A DNA stretch of 64,000 bases from assembly GCA_000708835.1 (NCBI GenBank), contig DF236996.1, positions 154,397 through 218,396 on the forward strand, given 5' to 3'. The DNA comes from Klebsormidium nitens (Eukaryota > Plantae > Klebsormidiophyceae). Positions 1-12,100 of the stretch are shown here, in pieces; within the stretch, counting starts at the first letter, position 1, and the number at the start of each line of letters is the position of its first letter. The notes under the pieces are model-generated. The model searched no databases and was not told the origin of the DNA. It saw only the letters and a list, made by a program, of their open reading frames with translations. Position numbers and translations under genes: made by a program.

Positions 1-1233
1 TTCGACACAACAAAACCTTGCACGATCATGAAAGCTGTAGCGCTCGTGAGAAGGAGCAGGAGGTTTTCTTTGTCCCCAGACTTACAGAGAAGAAAGATGA
101 CATGAATGCGTCATGACGACCACGAGAGAGCAAGAGCTTTGATTCTCCTTGAGGATTGAGGCACTAAAATGCGCCGATTGAGCCTGAAACGCTGATTGAT
201 ACGACGTCACTGCGGATTGCACAAGCCTTCAGATCGACGTGCGAAGAGCAGGACAACAAAGTCGCCATCTTCTCGCAACATACGGGTGCGAGGCATCAAA
301 GGCCGCTGCGCTAACACGGAAACGGTCCGCGACTTGACCTTTTCTGTATCCAGCAAGGCCTAGGTCGAATTGTCAGAACAAGTACCTAGCACGGAACAAA
401 CCAGGCGCAGCGCTTGCACGCTTCCGCCATGCAGCATTCTGTCGGATTCTTATTCTGATCGAGCTGAAGCTACTTCTTCTCAAGTGCACTCTAGAAAGTA
501 CCTCAATCACAAACTCAAATGTCAGCGCGGTCGCCAAATGCTCCCGCAATATGGACGTCGGACGGCGGCGCTTCCCTCTGCTTAAAGTGCGGGCTCCAGG
601 GGGAAACGAAAGCAGCCCACCTTGTGATTTAGAAGCGTCTTCCAATGCTAGGTCACAGCGAACATAAAACTACAAGATGGTTTTTTTAGAAAACTCAAGC
701 GAAGTAGAATTTGTCCTTCAAAATAAAGAGCCTGCAGATTGGCCAGAGTGAAAAGTTTAAGTTTTGAGTGTATCTCGCGACAGGTCCGAGCAGTGCAAAG
801 GCGACACAAGGATGCTGGAACTTGCAGAACAGCAACTTACTGTGCCAATCACAAGCTCACGTTATTTCATTCTGGGACAGACGTTATTGGATGGCATCCC
901 TAGAAAAGCGGCTTAGATGATCACACCTCCCTGGTTGGGCTCCATCAAGAATGGCCCATTCAGTCGTTCCGTTCGTCATGGCCGTTCTCGTTTCGAATAA
1001 GATCACATGTTATAGCTCAAAATACATCGGCATCGGATGTAATATCAGCGGTGCAATCGCTTCAGAAAAAGCCGTGTGACGCAAAGGCGTCTCTGAAAAT
1101 GTCACTGTCAATCCATCCATAGATTTTCAGGGACTCAAGAGAATCAGAATCTGCCAGACGTCCGACATTTCGGCTTGGGTGCTGGTTGATCTCCATATGG
1201 GCCTTTTGGTTTGAGTTAAACTCGTTTCTGATC

Positions 1234-1268
1234 GGATACTGGATACCGGATACCGGATACCGGGTACC
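1234..1268. repeat. Short tandem repeat, about 5 x GGATACC
   Basis: ggatact ggatacc ggatacc ggatacc gggtacc, read directly from the sequence. Confidence 0.8.
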
Positions 1269-2280
1269 CAAAACTGCTCTTTCTAGCGCAAATCATCCAT
1301 GTAAAGGAAGTCAAACCTCTGCAGACGTTTGACGGGGACGCGCAAAAACGGACGCACTCTCATCGACAGACTAGAAGCGAAAGAGCCGCGGTTGAGCAGC
1401 CCAATAACTCCGCTTTTGCGGGGCCAACCAATGCATCACGTGCAGGAGCTAGATGCATTCGAATCTGACCAATCCTGAGATGCGTTCTAGCGCAATAATG
1501 ACAAAGGCCTTGAAAGTGGGGGTTTATACTCTCAGCTGGCTCGACAACCGGCAGGAGAAGCTGGTGGCCTCGTCCTTGTATTCGCTATCGCTGATAGCGA
1601 CAGGCATCTCACTAACACGCCAACTTCTTGTGTGGTTACGCCAATTACTTCGGAGTTGACATCTCAAAGTTAAACAGTGACCTCAACCCCGAAGATTTCC
1701 TCCCTTTCAAGTGCAAAGCAGGATTATGGAGTTGTAGTCCGAACGTTCCCACAGCCCAGTTGCAGCTCAGAACCTCTGGGAGCGGTACGCAAGAAGGTAC
1801 GGTCATTCAAGACCTCTGTTGGTTGTTCTTGCTGAAGACCTTAATCTCAGGAGCGACCAATTGCAGAAGGCATCTGGGCTGTAATTCTGAAGTTGGTTGG
1901 AGGGGCCAATGAATACTCCCATCATAGCCTTCGACTCTTCAATTTTGTTGCCTGCATCCGCAATTACTAACGATGGCTTTGCTGCTTCCTGAAAGGGCAT
2001 CCTGGAGCAACTCGTTCAGAAAAACCGACGGACCAACCGTCACACTGCCAAAGCACTTGAACAAGCCAACGACAATTGCAAAGAATCGTCCAGATTATCA
2101 CAGCTGCCCCAGACTCCAGGGACTGGGGGGCAAAGCAACATTCGCACCAGACGCAGAAACCGTAAAAGACACCCACAAGTCCAATCTCTGCAAGCGGCAT
2201 AATTCCGCACACGCAAAAAACGGAGAAAGCCTAACAGACCCTGACAGGGAACAACTAGGGATGGACATAGTCGCACGCAC

Positions 2281-4665
2281 CAGGCGTTGTACTTGGGATC
2301 TCCCGAGGCGACCGTCATGCACGCGAGCGCAAACATCCACTTGGTCAGGTAGTGGAAGTACTGCCCGTCGCCGTCTGGGTGCCCCTCCTCGTGCGGCTTG
2401 CCGATGCGCAGCCCGCCCCTGCAGGAGGTCAGCTGACGTCAGCGACTGTGTCACGCACATGTCATGCTTAGGTCACCCTTCTTCTGCTGTGCAGGAGTGC
2501 AATCGTTGAAAAGGCCCTCCTCGTGCGGCTTGCCGATGCGCAGCCCGCCCCTGCAGGAGGTCGGCTGACGTTAGCAACGACGTCCAGCAACATGTCATGG
2601 TCAACGTCATCTTCGTCTATGACACCGCCCTGTGCATGAGCTGGGGCGGCCCTCCTCCGCGTGCGGCTTGCTGATGCGCAGCCCGCTCCTGCAGTATTTC
2701 AGCTGACGTCAGCAACAGCGTGACCAAATGGCATGCTTAGGGCACCTTTCTTATGCTTTACTGAGCAGAAGTTCCTTGGTGAGAGGTTCTCGGAGTGGCG
2801 CTCCTGGTGCGGCTTGCCGAACCGCGCCCCGCCCCTGCAGGAGGTCAGCAACAAAGTTCTGCTGAAATCATGCTGATGTCATGCTCATGTAGCTTGCAGA
2901 GCGTGCAGCAGAGATCGCATCAGCTCGACTGCGCTCCCGGCTGGATCAACTTCGAGGGCGACCCTGTGATTATGTCTGCGAAAGGCTGGAACGTGAGCTT
3001 TGTAAACGCTGCTGTGCGCTTTGCATTCTGCATGTTCATCCGGAAGAAGCCAGGAAGGCAGATCTTGTGCTGAACAATCGCAAGTGCTCCTTGATTTGTA
3101 ATTTGGTATGAGTTACTGGTACGCAACGGATGACAGTAATGGCCTCGCGAGAAGTTCAGAACTGTCGAACGTTTGGTCAATCAATGGAGAAGCAAACAAT
3201 ACGGCAGACTGTGAACCAACGTGGGCGACATTCAGCAGGTTTCTCTCAAAGGCCTTGACTTGGCAATAAAGAGATACGCCAACAGGCTTATAGATTGTTG
3301 CACATAGATTCTCCTGACACGACGAATGCAGTAGAGCAGTATGGAGGTTCTTCGAATCATTAGATACGCTACCTCACCTAGTAGGTTCCTCATCTGTTGC
3401 ATTCCCCAAGCGCCGCCGCCCCTGCCGGTCCTTCCCAAGCGTGTCGTGGACCGTCTTCACAAGAATGGTGGCCTGCATTGGCCTACAAAGATGTGTCAGA
3501 CTAGGGCCCCATAGGACGACCAATGTCTCCAACAACTAGGATGCCATTGAGTGAGCTTCACCAGTCTGCTCCTATCATTCATCCTTGAGTACATGCTGAG
3601 TGTCGCAATCAGCAGGTCAGCCACTGCAAAGCTCATCCTGATCGTGCAGTGCACAAGCAGTGGTATCCAGCTTTTATACAGCGGCAGCAAAAGATCGAGT
3701 GCACAGATCCAGCTGATCATAAAGCAAGCAGATTTTTCCTGGGCCCACCAACATCGACATCAGCCTTGAGCATCAAAGACATCCTTGGTGCTACTTGCAA
3801 TCACCCATGACAACCATCCACTTGACGCCATTCGCTCAGGCGCAGCCAGGATATCTCCCATGGGCTACGAGCTGCTGGCATGACAGCATGCACGACCTGG
3901 ACCAGTTTCAGCACAATCTGGATTGAAACTGGCCATTTGATCCAGCTTTTTCACGAATAGTCTACAAATGAGAACATGCAAAGCCTTCTAAGAGCCGCCA
4001 GCTCATAACAACTGACAGTGAACGCCAATAAACATCGGCATTGCCAGAGACAACTTTGGCTTGCTTTTGCACACCCGCAAGCTTCAAAGCTGCATGGGAG
4101 ACTCTCCCTTGCTGAAACCACCTCCTGACCCCTTTCTTACCTGCTGAAGATACTTGTTCTCCCCCGTCTCAAAGAACAGAGTCAGAAAGTTGCACACCCC
4201 GAACGCATCAGTCCACAGGTAGCGCCCCTTCCCCTCCTTGTAGGGCTTTGGCGCCCACTTGCTGACGTCATCAGCGGGCCCGTACACGTCATCCATGACC
4301 TGGCGGAATTTCTCCAGGGTATGCGCATCGACTGAGTGCCGCCCTGACGAGGAGTTTGCTCCTGCGGGGACCATTGTGCGGCTGCTGAACCCGGGGCCCT
4401 GTGCAAGTTTGTGCAGAGGTCTCCGATGAAGACTGCTGACAGGGGCAATGTGGCTGGATGGAGGAAACAAGGCCTTTGTTCCTGCAGTTGAGCTAAGAGT
4501 TTGAGAATTGCTACTCTTGTCCCTGAAGGCTCTGAATGGATTAAGGAGGGACAAACCCTGCTTCCGGCCGCCACAAGCTGAACCGCCGATCGCTTCGAGT
4601 AAGGAAGGATTCGCAAAAAGAAGCGACTTTCCCGTCCTGCTCCACAGCTGGCACAGGGCCGCCAT
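2281..4665 (-). CDS. Uncharacterised six-hairpin-glycosidase-like protein (GRYLWTDAFGV family); 3'-partial, first 3 exons only
   Basis: Exons 4665-4141, 3472-3378 and 2418-2281 join in phase at GT-AG sites. Peptide: ...KGRYLWTDAFGVCNFLTL...VHDTLGKDRQGRRRLGNATDEEPTRGGLRIGKPHEEGHPDGDGQYFHYLTKWMFALACMTVASGDPKYNAW. I recognise these motifs from an uncharacterised family found in fungi and prokaryotes; the fold assignment is from memory. The start could be ATG 4665 (long S/R-rich leader) or the later MVPAG ATG. No C-terminal exons were found in 1-2280. Confidence 0.75.
2514..2860 (-). repeat. Three intronic echoes of the exon 3 acceptor plus exon start (glycosidase-like gene)
   Basis: ccctcctcgtgcggcttgccgatgcgcagcccgcccctgcaggaggtc at about 2383 (real) recurs exactly at about 2515 and degenerately at about 2647 and 2803. 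Confidence 0.9.
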
Positions 4666-5441
4666 AAAAGTGAGCAAGCGCTCGAGACCTCATCGCTTTT
4701 GACGTTGTACCCCGGCGGTGCTGAACTTGAAGTTGAACTTGAAGTTGTTGGTCAGTGGTCACGTGTTGAGGTGAAGGGATCCCTGCACCCACTGGCGGCC
4801 CGCGGCCGGCAGCCGCACCTCTGCCACTTAAACGCCGACGGTCGTTTGGAACCTTCCAAACCCGCGCGCTAAGCTCGCGGCCAGGCGGCGCGGCTTCGGT
4901 GCGTATGGCGCGCGCGCGCCGGCCATATGTAGTGGAGTAGTACTTTACTGTTTACACAGCTGACGCCTCGTGAAGCCCAGAAATCGTTTGTCGTCAACAC
5001 AGCAGCCGCGCAGAAGCAACCCCAAAGGGCAGCGTTATGCCAAAATTGAAGGATTGATCAAGACGCACCTTGAGAGCTGTTCTTCAGGCATCCATCTCGG
5101 GACGGCCCCAACCTGTAGCTGCATAGTGACAGGCACTTGAGGTGCGCTCCGCTAAGAAGTTGCTTAGTTGCTCAATTGTCTTGCCTGGATTGTTTCCGGT
5201 ATCTGGGAGCCTTCTTCCCGTGCAAGCGTCCGTGGTTCTTGTGCTCGACCCCTTCTCCTTGCGCATCGAGACTGCTTTAGCCTAAAGCCATTAAGATATC
5301 AACACATACATATCTGCATTGCCAGAAAAGCTGCAATCTAGTCGACAGAAGAACAGCTATAAATCTCAAGTCGTTTCTCAGCTCCTCAAAACACTTGGCA
5401 GCAAAAATCTTGACGCTGCTCTTCTGCTTAATTGTTTGCAG

Positions 5442-7570
5442 GTGACAATGATATCACTCTCCACAACCTACCTCTTTCTGAACCAATCAGAACCCTTTCC
5501 TGAACTCTTGTTGGATTACGCAAAAGCGGGAGGCGATACGAAGGAAGTTCTTATCCTGAGTTGGCCTTGTGTAAGTTGCAAGAAAGAAAGAAAGAAGCAT
5601 GATTCTGTTTCGTTTATCATGGCTGCAGTCCGAGAAGACAGAAGTTGAGCGTTTCGATGCTTGGGGTATTGGATCAGGAAGGAGCTTGTAAAGCCTGGCC
5701 AGACTTGCACATAGTGACGCACGTTTGTACTTTCTTGAAATACATGAAGACAGATCGTGCTCACTCTTCTACAAAGTATCCTGCTACTGCATCCAAGGCC
5801 CGACTTCTTCCCTGCTGCCTCTGAGGACTCGATTTGTTTCTGCAGCCTTACGTGGACGAGTATGAACAGCTTCCCTTGCGGAATATCGTGAATGGTAGGT
5901 GCTCACTTTGTGGAGAGGAGTTCTCACTTCTAAGCTTACCATTAGAGCATGAAAAAGTGTGCTTCTTTACGAACAAGACGCGCGCCTCAAAATTCTTTTT
6001 AGAGACAGCTCCAAACGGTGATGTTCGGTACTGGCCCCAAGTTTATGGACACACCTTTTCAGAAAGAAAAGATTTCCTTGACATCAACAGATGCATCAAC
6101 AGACCGCGCCCCTCTGCAAAGACGCTGTCCTGCAGTCTCGAAACCAATGTGTTGTGTAATCTGAACGAAGCTTCGACAGTTCAGCATGCACGCTTCGACT
6201 ACCCCACGCGATACTGCTGTCCGGAATTATCTTTGTTACCACAACTTACGAGGCGTGCCTAGTTCCGCTTGCACATCTTCTCATCTTTGGGTTCACATGC
6301 CTTCATCGAGTAGATGCTGCTTCTCTTATCGAAACCCATGCTCAACGCCTTTGGATTCACGAAAAACGGTTCAGCTAAATAATCCGTCCGCCTGCCAGTT
6401 TTTCAGGGGCATACAACAAGTCTCAAGAGATGACAGTGGCATTCACCAAGAGACTGATTAAAACCCAATCGAGCGACTAGTCCAGTAAAGTGTCTTTAAA
6501 TCCACAGCTTTGACCAGATGTTCATAACTCAGCTTGTCAATTTCTTACCCAGGGGGGGACGACGAGCTCCTTAAACGAGACTCGCACTTCACGATCCGTG
6601 TGGATGTAGCTCTGCTCCAAATCAATGTACTCCACTCCGGCTGACACGATCTCAAATCCTGGAGAGAATCTTCAAGGTCAATGAATTGCAACATGTTTGA
6701 ATGTATGTAGATGGACATACCTTTCAACTTCCTCGCAGACAGACCAGGGTTGCTCAACAAGGACCCAATCATGAAACAAGGGGATGCTTTTGACGACCCA
6801 ATCATGAAACAAGGAGATGCTTTTGCCGACCTGCTCGTCTGGTGGCGACAGACAAGGGGGTGACATTTTTGCGGACCAGACAGGGAGGAAGGAAGTGGAT
6901 TCAAAGAAGCCTTTCGGAGGTCTGCTCTCCCGTGAGGTCTTATGGGCACAGTCCAAAATTCTGCCTTCTTCCTGACAGACTAACTTGAATCCAGGATCTA
7001 GTCTGATGAGCTCAGCTTTCACGTCGCAGCCAGCATTTGCACGCGTGAGTGGCACCTGTGTGTTGCCCATCTCAAAATTCGGATTCGCTGGAGATTTTTA
7101 TCTAACTGCCTTCGAAGGAAGTAAAAGCGCAGGTGCATCCTGGCAGGGGGCAAAAGTCTCAGTCCACAAGGGCTGCGCATTGGTCTTCGACACGCAAAAG
7201 CAGATGCCAGACGCTCGCGTACACGTTACTTGATGGGCGTTGTATACCTAGCAGCTGCCCTTGCAGTCGATTCGTAATATCCAGTTCCAGCTTCTCACGT
7301 TCTCTAAGGACCGTTCTTTAAGCTCTCATGGATGTGCAGGGGCAAGAAGACACGCAACAGGCGGAAGAGCTCGAACGACGAGCAGCACGGGTGAAACGGG
7401 TGGAAGCGATCAGAGCGCGGTGGAAGTCTGCATGCGAGTCGCCAAGCAAGACTACTGAAGAACGGTACGAGATAGAATCACCAGTGACTAAAATATCAGC
7501 GGCCCGACGTAGAATCTTCAAGGTAGTGCGTGCAACCGGTGTCAGCGTTGTGTCCGAGGGGCTGGCTTAG
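5442..7570 (+). other. Possible unknown spliced gene or decayed coding region
   Basis: Several peptide-like open segments follow acceptor-like sites (ttgcag at about 5441, ttctgcag at about 5846, tatgtag|ATG at 6710). ORFs 5834-6262 and 7328-7570 lie here. I could not build a phase-consistent model and recognise no family. Confidence 0.2.
6762..6827 (+). repeat. 33-bp tandem duplication
   Basis: gacccaatcatgaaacaaggggatgcttttgac followed by gacccaatcatgaaacaaggagatgcttttgcc. In one + frame this reads DPIMKQGDAFD / DPIMKQGDAFA. Confidence 0.85.
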
Positions 7571-9197
7571 TTGTAATGACACAGCGGGTCCGGAACGGGG
7601 TTAAGATGGGGTCCTCAACAAGCCGTAGACGCTCTGGAGTTAATCTGGAAACGGGAACGGCCTGCAAGACGTTACGGATGGAAGCGGCTGTCTTGCAGCC
7701 CTTGCTAGGTTTCTACCTAGCAACAAGTGCCCGTCGTTGAAGTGTTTGAGAGGGAGCGAAACCTGTAGACGGCCTTATTCTTCTGAGCAGAGGAGGCCGT
7801 AAGAAAGAGCGTTGGATCAAAACAAGGGCTGCTTTGTGATTGCCTTTGATCGACAACGTAGAACAACTAGGGCCACGAGTAATCCAGGAAATCACAAGGT
7901 GGTGAGTTGGATCGGATCAACGTGGATCGCTCGACATTGCTCTTATAGAGCTTGAAAGCTTATAAGTGGTAGCATGTCAGTGCTCGATCTGATCATGAAG
8001 AGTGCGGTGGACAAATCAGTCGCTTTATATCGAATCCACTTCTTGGTTCTGATACTCAGTAGCCGAGGAACACGAGGCCGGAGCCTTCATCCAAAAGTCC
8101 CAGGTTCGATATTCAGATACCCTTGAAAAGGCAAGATTTTCACTGAATCATCAAATAGTTGAGGAGGTACTCAAAGCTTTAAGGTAAGTTCGGTGAGGGT
8201 GCTCGGGTCCGGGGTTAGGCCGGCCCGGAAAGGGTGGGAGCTGAGCGGGGGGCCATGGTTGAAACTCGTATGCGGTTGAAGCAATGGCCTGGCCGGGCAA
8301 TTGGCGGGCCGAAAGCTTTGAAGAGGCACGCCATTCCCAGCCCTACTTTTAAGTCTGCGTGCTTTCTAGCTTCGATCAGCATCCACCGGGATTTTCAATG
8401 CCTTGTCAAACACAGATCATCTGGTAATATGAAGCATGCCATGCAAAGGACTGACTAGGGATTATCATTTACACCATGCAAGCATAGTTCATGTTTAAAT
8501 TTTGTCACGTACTGTCGCACACAATTGATATCACTTTTTAAGAGCCGTACAAAGATCGATCGTACAGGGCTGCATGTGGGCCCAGCTTCTCAAATGCAGC
8601 ACACGGAACTCGGAATGCAGCCTGACGTTCACATGTTTAAGCTTGTTTAGCGCGTGACCATTTCATGACTCGTTGTTGCATGATCCTTGCATGGTGAAAA
8701 TGTGTGCATCATGCACATGACGCAGCCTGCTCGACAACTTGTAATATTGCGAACTCATAGTACATAAAATGATGCGTCAACCTCGATGGACGATCGCGTC
8801 GGTGCCAGCAATGGATGTAACCTTCGAAACATTGCATATCGTTTAATATTGCAAGAAGCTGGCCTGGCCTGCACAAGAATTGATTAGAAAACAAACGTCA
8901 TGTAGTAAGTAGCAGCGACGGTATTCCCATACAAACCCTAAAGTAGGAAGTTCGTGCAACCTATCATTCGATAAACAAAGTTCACAAAGCTACTCAACTT
9001 CGACATGGTAAGGTTCCTGAGCATACACACAACGTTCACTTCGAAACGATCTCCAACCCGATACAGTATGCACGATGCAAAAAAGCGCAATCAAACCGCC
9101 AAGACATGGGAACAGCCTGAATAAGTCAGAGAAACATGAGACAAGTGAGCTCCTTTTGAAATGAGGATCGAGAAACCTTCCGAGAGGTTCGTTCCGT

Positions 9198-12100
9198 CTA
9201 CCGAATAGGGTCCTCTCTTATCCGTCGTCTTTTTGCTGACGGCTTCTCTTCTAGTCGAGGGGGCTTTCCCTGCCTGACACTGACCCCCCCATTCACATTC
9301 CGCGACTTTTCCGCTGCCACGTCTCGCCGCTCCCTCTTCAGACCCTTCATTTTGGACAGCCCCAGCTTGTCCACCTGCGTCCGAGTGGATAGCTTATCAC
9401 TACTCCTGATTGTAGTGTATCTCAAGGGTCAACGGGAATCGACAGAAACTGACAAAGGTGCTTCGTGTAAGTTGCCGGTCACAGTGACTACCGAGAAAAG
9501 CATGACGACACGTCACACATGCAGGGCCGCAAATCCTGAAAAGCCGACTCGACTCGACATACCAAATAATGACGCAAGCGGTACACGGTTTGGTCACGCC
9601 CACCCAGCATACAAGCGAGATTCTAAGCCGACTCCAAAAGCCCACGATGAGAGTCCAGCAAAACCTCAAAGATCCAGATTTTTCTGCGTGGATACCAAAG
9701 CAGAGCGGCAAGGCTACCCCCCGGCCTAGACCTCCTGATAGGAACCAACCGAAGGCACCGTGCGCTTGCGCAAAGACCTCGCATCTCTCATATGGTTCAG
9801 AATGCACAGGACCGAAATGCAGTCGCACCATCAACGCGCGGTCAAAAGCATACGCACTTACCTCCTGCTTGGGCATGTAGATCCGCCCGACCTTGCCCGC
9901 CAAAGAGTCCATCGCCGTGTTCTTGACCTGCAGAGCGGCAATTCACACTCAGCGACAACGCCAATCAGCCCGCATTCTGTGACATGTTTTTCACGAGCGG
10001 ATAAAGATTTCGCAGGATGGAACCAGACTATTGACACATTGTTGGCATAAAAGCAAACTAGGGCGACTGAATGCTTGTGTTGTCTCGCTCTTTCCAGTTT
10101 CAAGAGTGCAGCGTTGAACGACTCCGATGATCCTTCCGCAAGTCCGACGACAGATTGCATCCGAAGTAAACCATGAAAGCAAGCGCAAAGCAACGCAGTT
10201 TCGAACCCTCCAGGCGACCACCGATATCAGACTGGTGCGTTTGACATCTCAGACTAACCCCCTGCTCGAGTAAACCGTTCCAACAGAATCTCGCCTAGAA
10301 AGCTGGCGTTCCTATTAGATTCAGGTCGGAAGCTGTACAGAACCAGCGTAAAATGCACGGAAGCGACCAGTCCCTGTACATTGGAAACATCATTCACTAG
10401 AACGGGGAACGTTATCATGCAAACCGCTCCGAGACGGCCGGGTGGCTGACGCACCTTCTTTTTGGTGGGCTTGGGCGCCATTTTGAGCGCTTCCCGACTG
10501 AGATCGTCAGACGGCGGCCGATGTCTCCGGACGGTCAGGTCCATGGAGGGGCCCATCTCTTCCAGCTCTATCCGCGGCACCTGTGCAAGACAGTCAGATT
10601 ATCCTCAGAACTTTCGAAGAGGACTGGTTTATCTAGTATTTCAAGAAAATGGAGTAATACACGCCGGAACAGTCCACCTTTAACTGATGGCATTGCTTTC
10701 GAGCAGATCTTGAGCAGATCAAATCTAATGTTCGTAGTCTTGAGGTCCATTTTCTGAAACAAACCTCATGTGCTTCTTGGCCGTTTTTGCAGTACAGTTG
10801 GGTGTGCTCGCAACGGTCTCCTCACTTGAATTGCTGGGGAACCGTCCACATGGTTAAAGATATAGAGCCACGCTTTGATCAACGTATGCGCCTGGGCTGC
10901 TTTATGCTCGGGTTGGCCTGATCATTGCGTTCACAACGCTACGACACCGTGAACGAGACCGAGCCAGTTAAGTTCGTTTTGAGTGGGTCGTATATACGAC
11001 TTGGCCCGATCCTTTTTACCCGGAGCACTCCCATAAGTCTGACCAAATAGGCGTTTCAATAAACATAAACAACTGACTGTAAAGCTCCAAGTTTCTTTCA
11101 CAAGAGCGAAACGTGGTCACGGCGGCTGCTTTTAGCAGACTGTCAGCTCAAATTCCTCGATTCTCGTGGGAAAAATCAGAAACTCGAACGCTGAGAGACT
11201 TACTGTACTACCCGACTTTTTCAGTTTGATGACGCAGTGACGTATCCGCACTTTGCCGGCCGCTGCTACGACCACGTAGACTCGATCCAGACCCTGCACG
11301 GCAAAAGAAGCAAAAGACATGCATTGAGCGTTGAGCGGTAGGGAAGCAACTCTGTCGAACGGATGGCTGACATGTCAGCGGTCAACAGAGTTGTTGGCAT
11401 AGAAGCGAAGCTGTGGTGTACCAGACCAGTCACGCCACTAATCAGTCGACGGATCTTGTAGAGAGGTCTTTGCAGAGCTTCTTTTGGAGAACCCAATTTG
11501 GCTACCTGCGGGCTCAGCGGATAAGGGACGAGCCTTGAAGTGGCTTTGTTTGAGTTCGATAACGGAAAACCCAGAACGTCGGTCCGCACTCGAGCATTAC
11601 GCGCAGATTGAATCAGAAGAAGAAGCTCAGCAGGTGCGGCAAAGCCTTATTATCCGCATGTCTGATTGACAAACCGAACCCGAGAATCACTAGATAGAAG
11701 AATGTCTTACCCTCAGATTTACTGTTTTGACGACCGTTCCCCGGAAGAAGTCTAGGAGGATGTTCTGCACGGAAGGGTGACGTCAAGCTGAGGACATGAA
11801 ACGTCAGCGTGACTCCATCTGACAGCAGTCCACACCGTACAGACCCTTCAGCAGGATCGGCAGGCAGTCGCAATATTCATTCCGACGATGAAAATCGAGT
11901 TACTGGGCAATTATCTCTAAGTCGTGGCATCAACTGCGATAGACGGCAGCTGAAAACAAGTTGATTAAGGCCCTAAGACAAGTCGCTTCATTTGGTCTCA
12001 ACTGCTCGCACAAAAGTAGTCGCATGATTCGTAAGCCAATCTATATTCCGCCACTCCAGTTCCCCCAGCTTCCTGCACTCATTCTTGGACTCAAATCGAC

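Noticed and set aside
2940-3073. Protein-like plus-strand peptide GWINFEGDPVIMSAKGWNV in the glycosidase-like intron
   Set aside because: Short, antisense and intronic, with no start or splice support.
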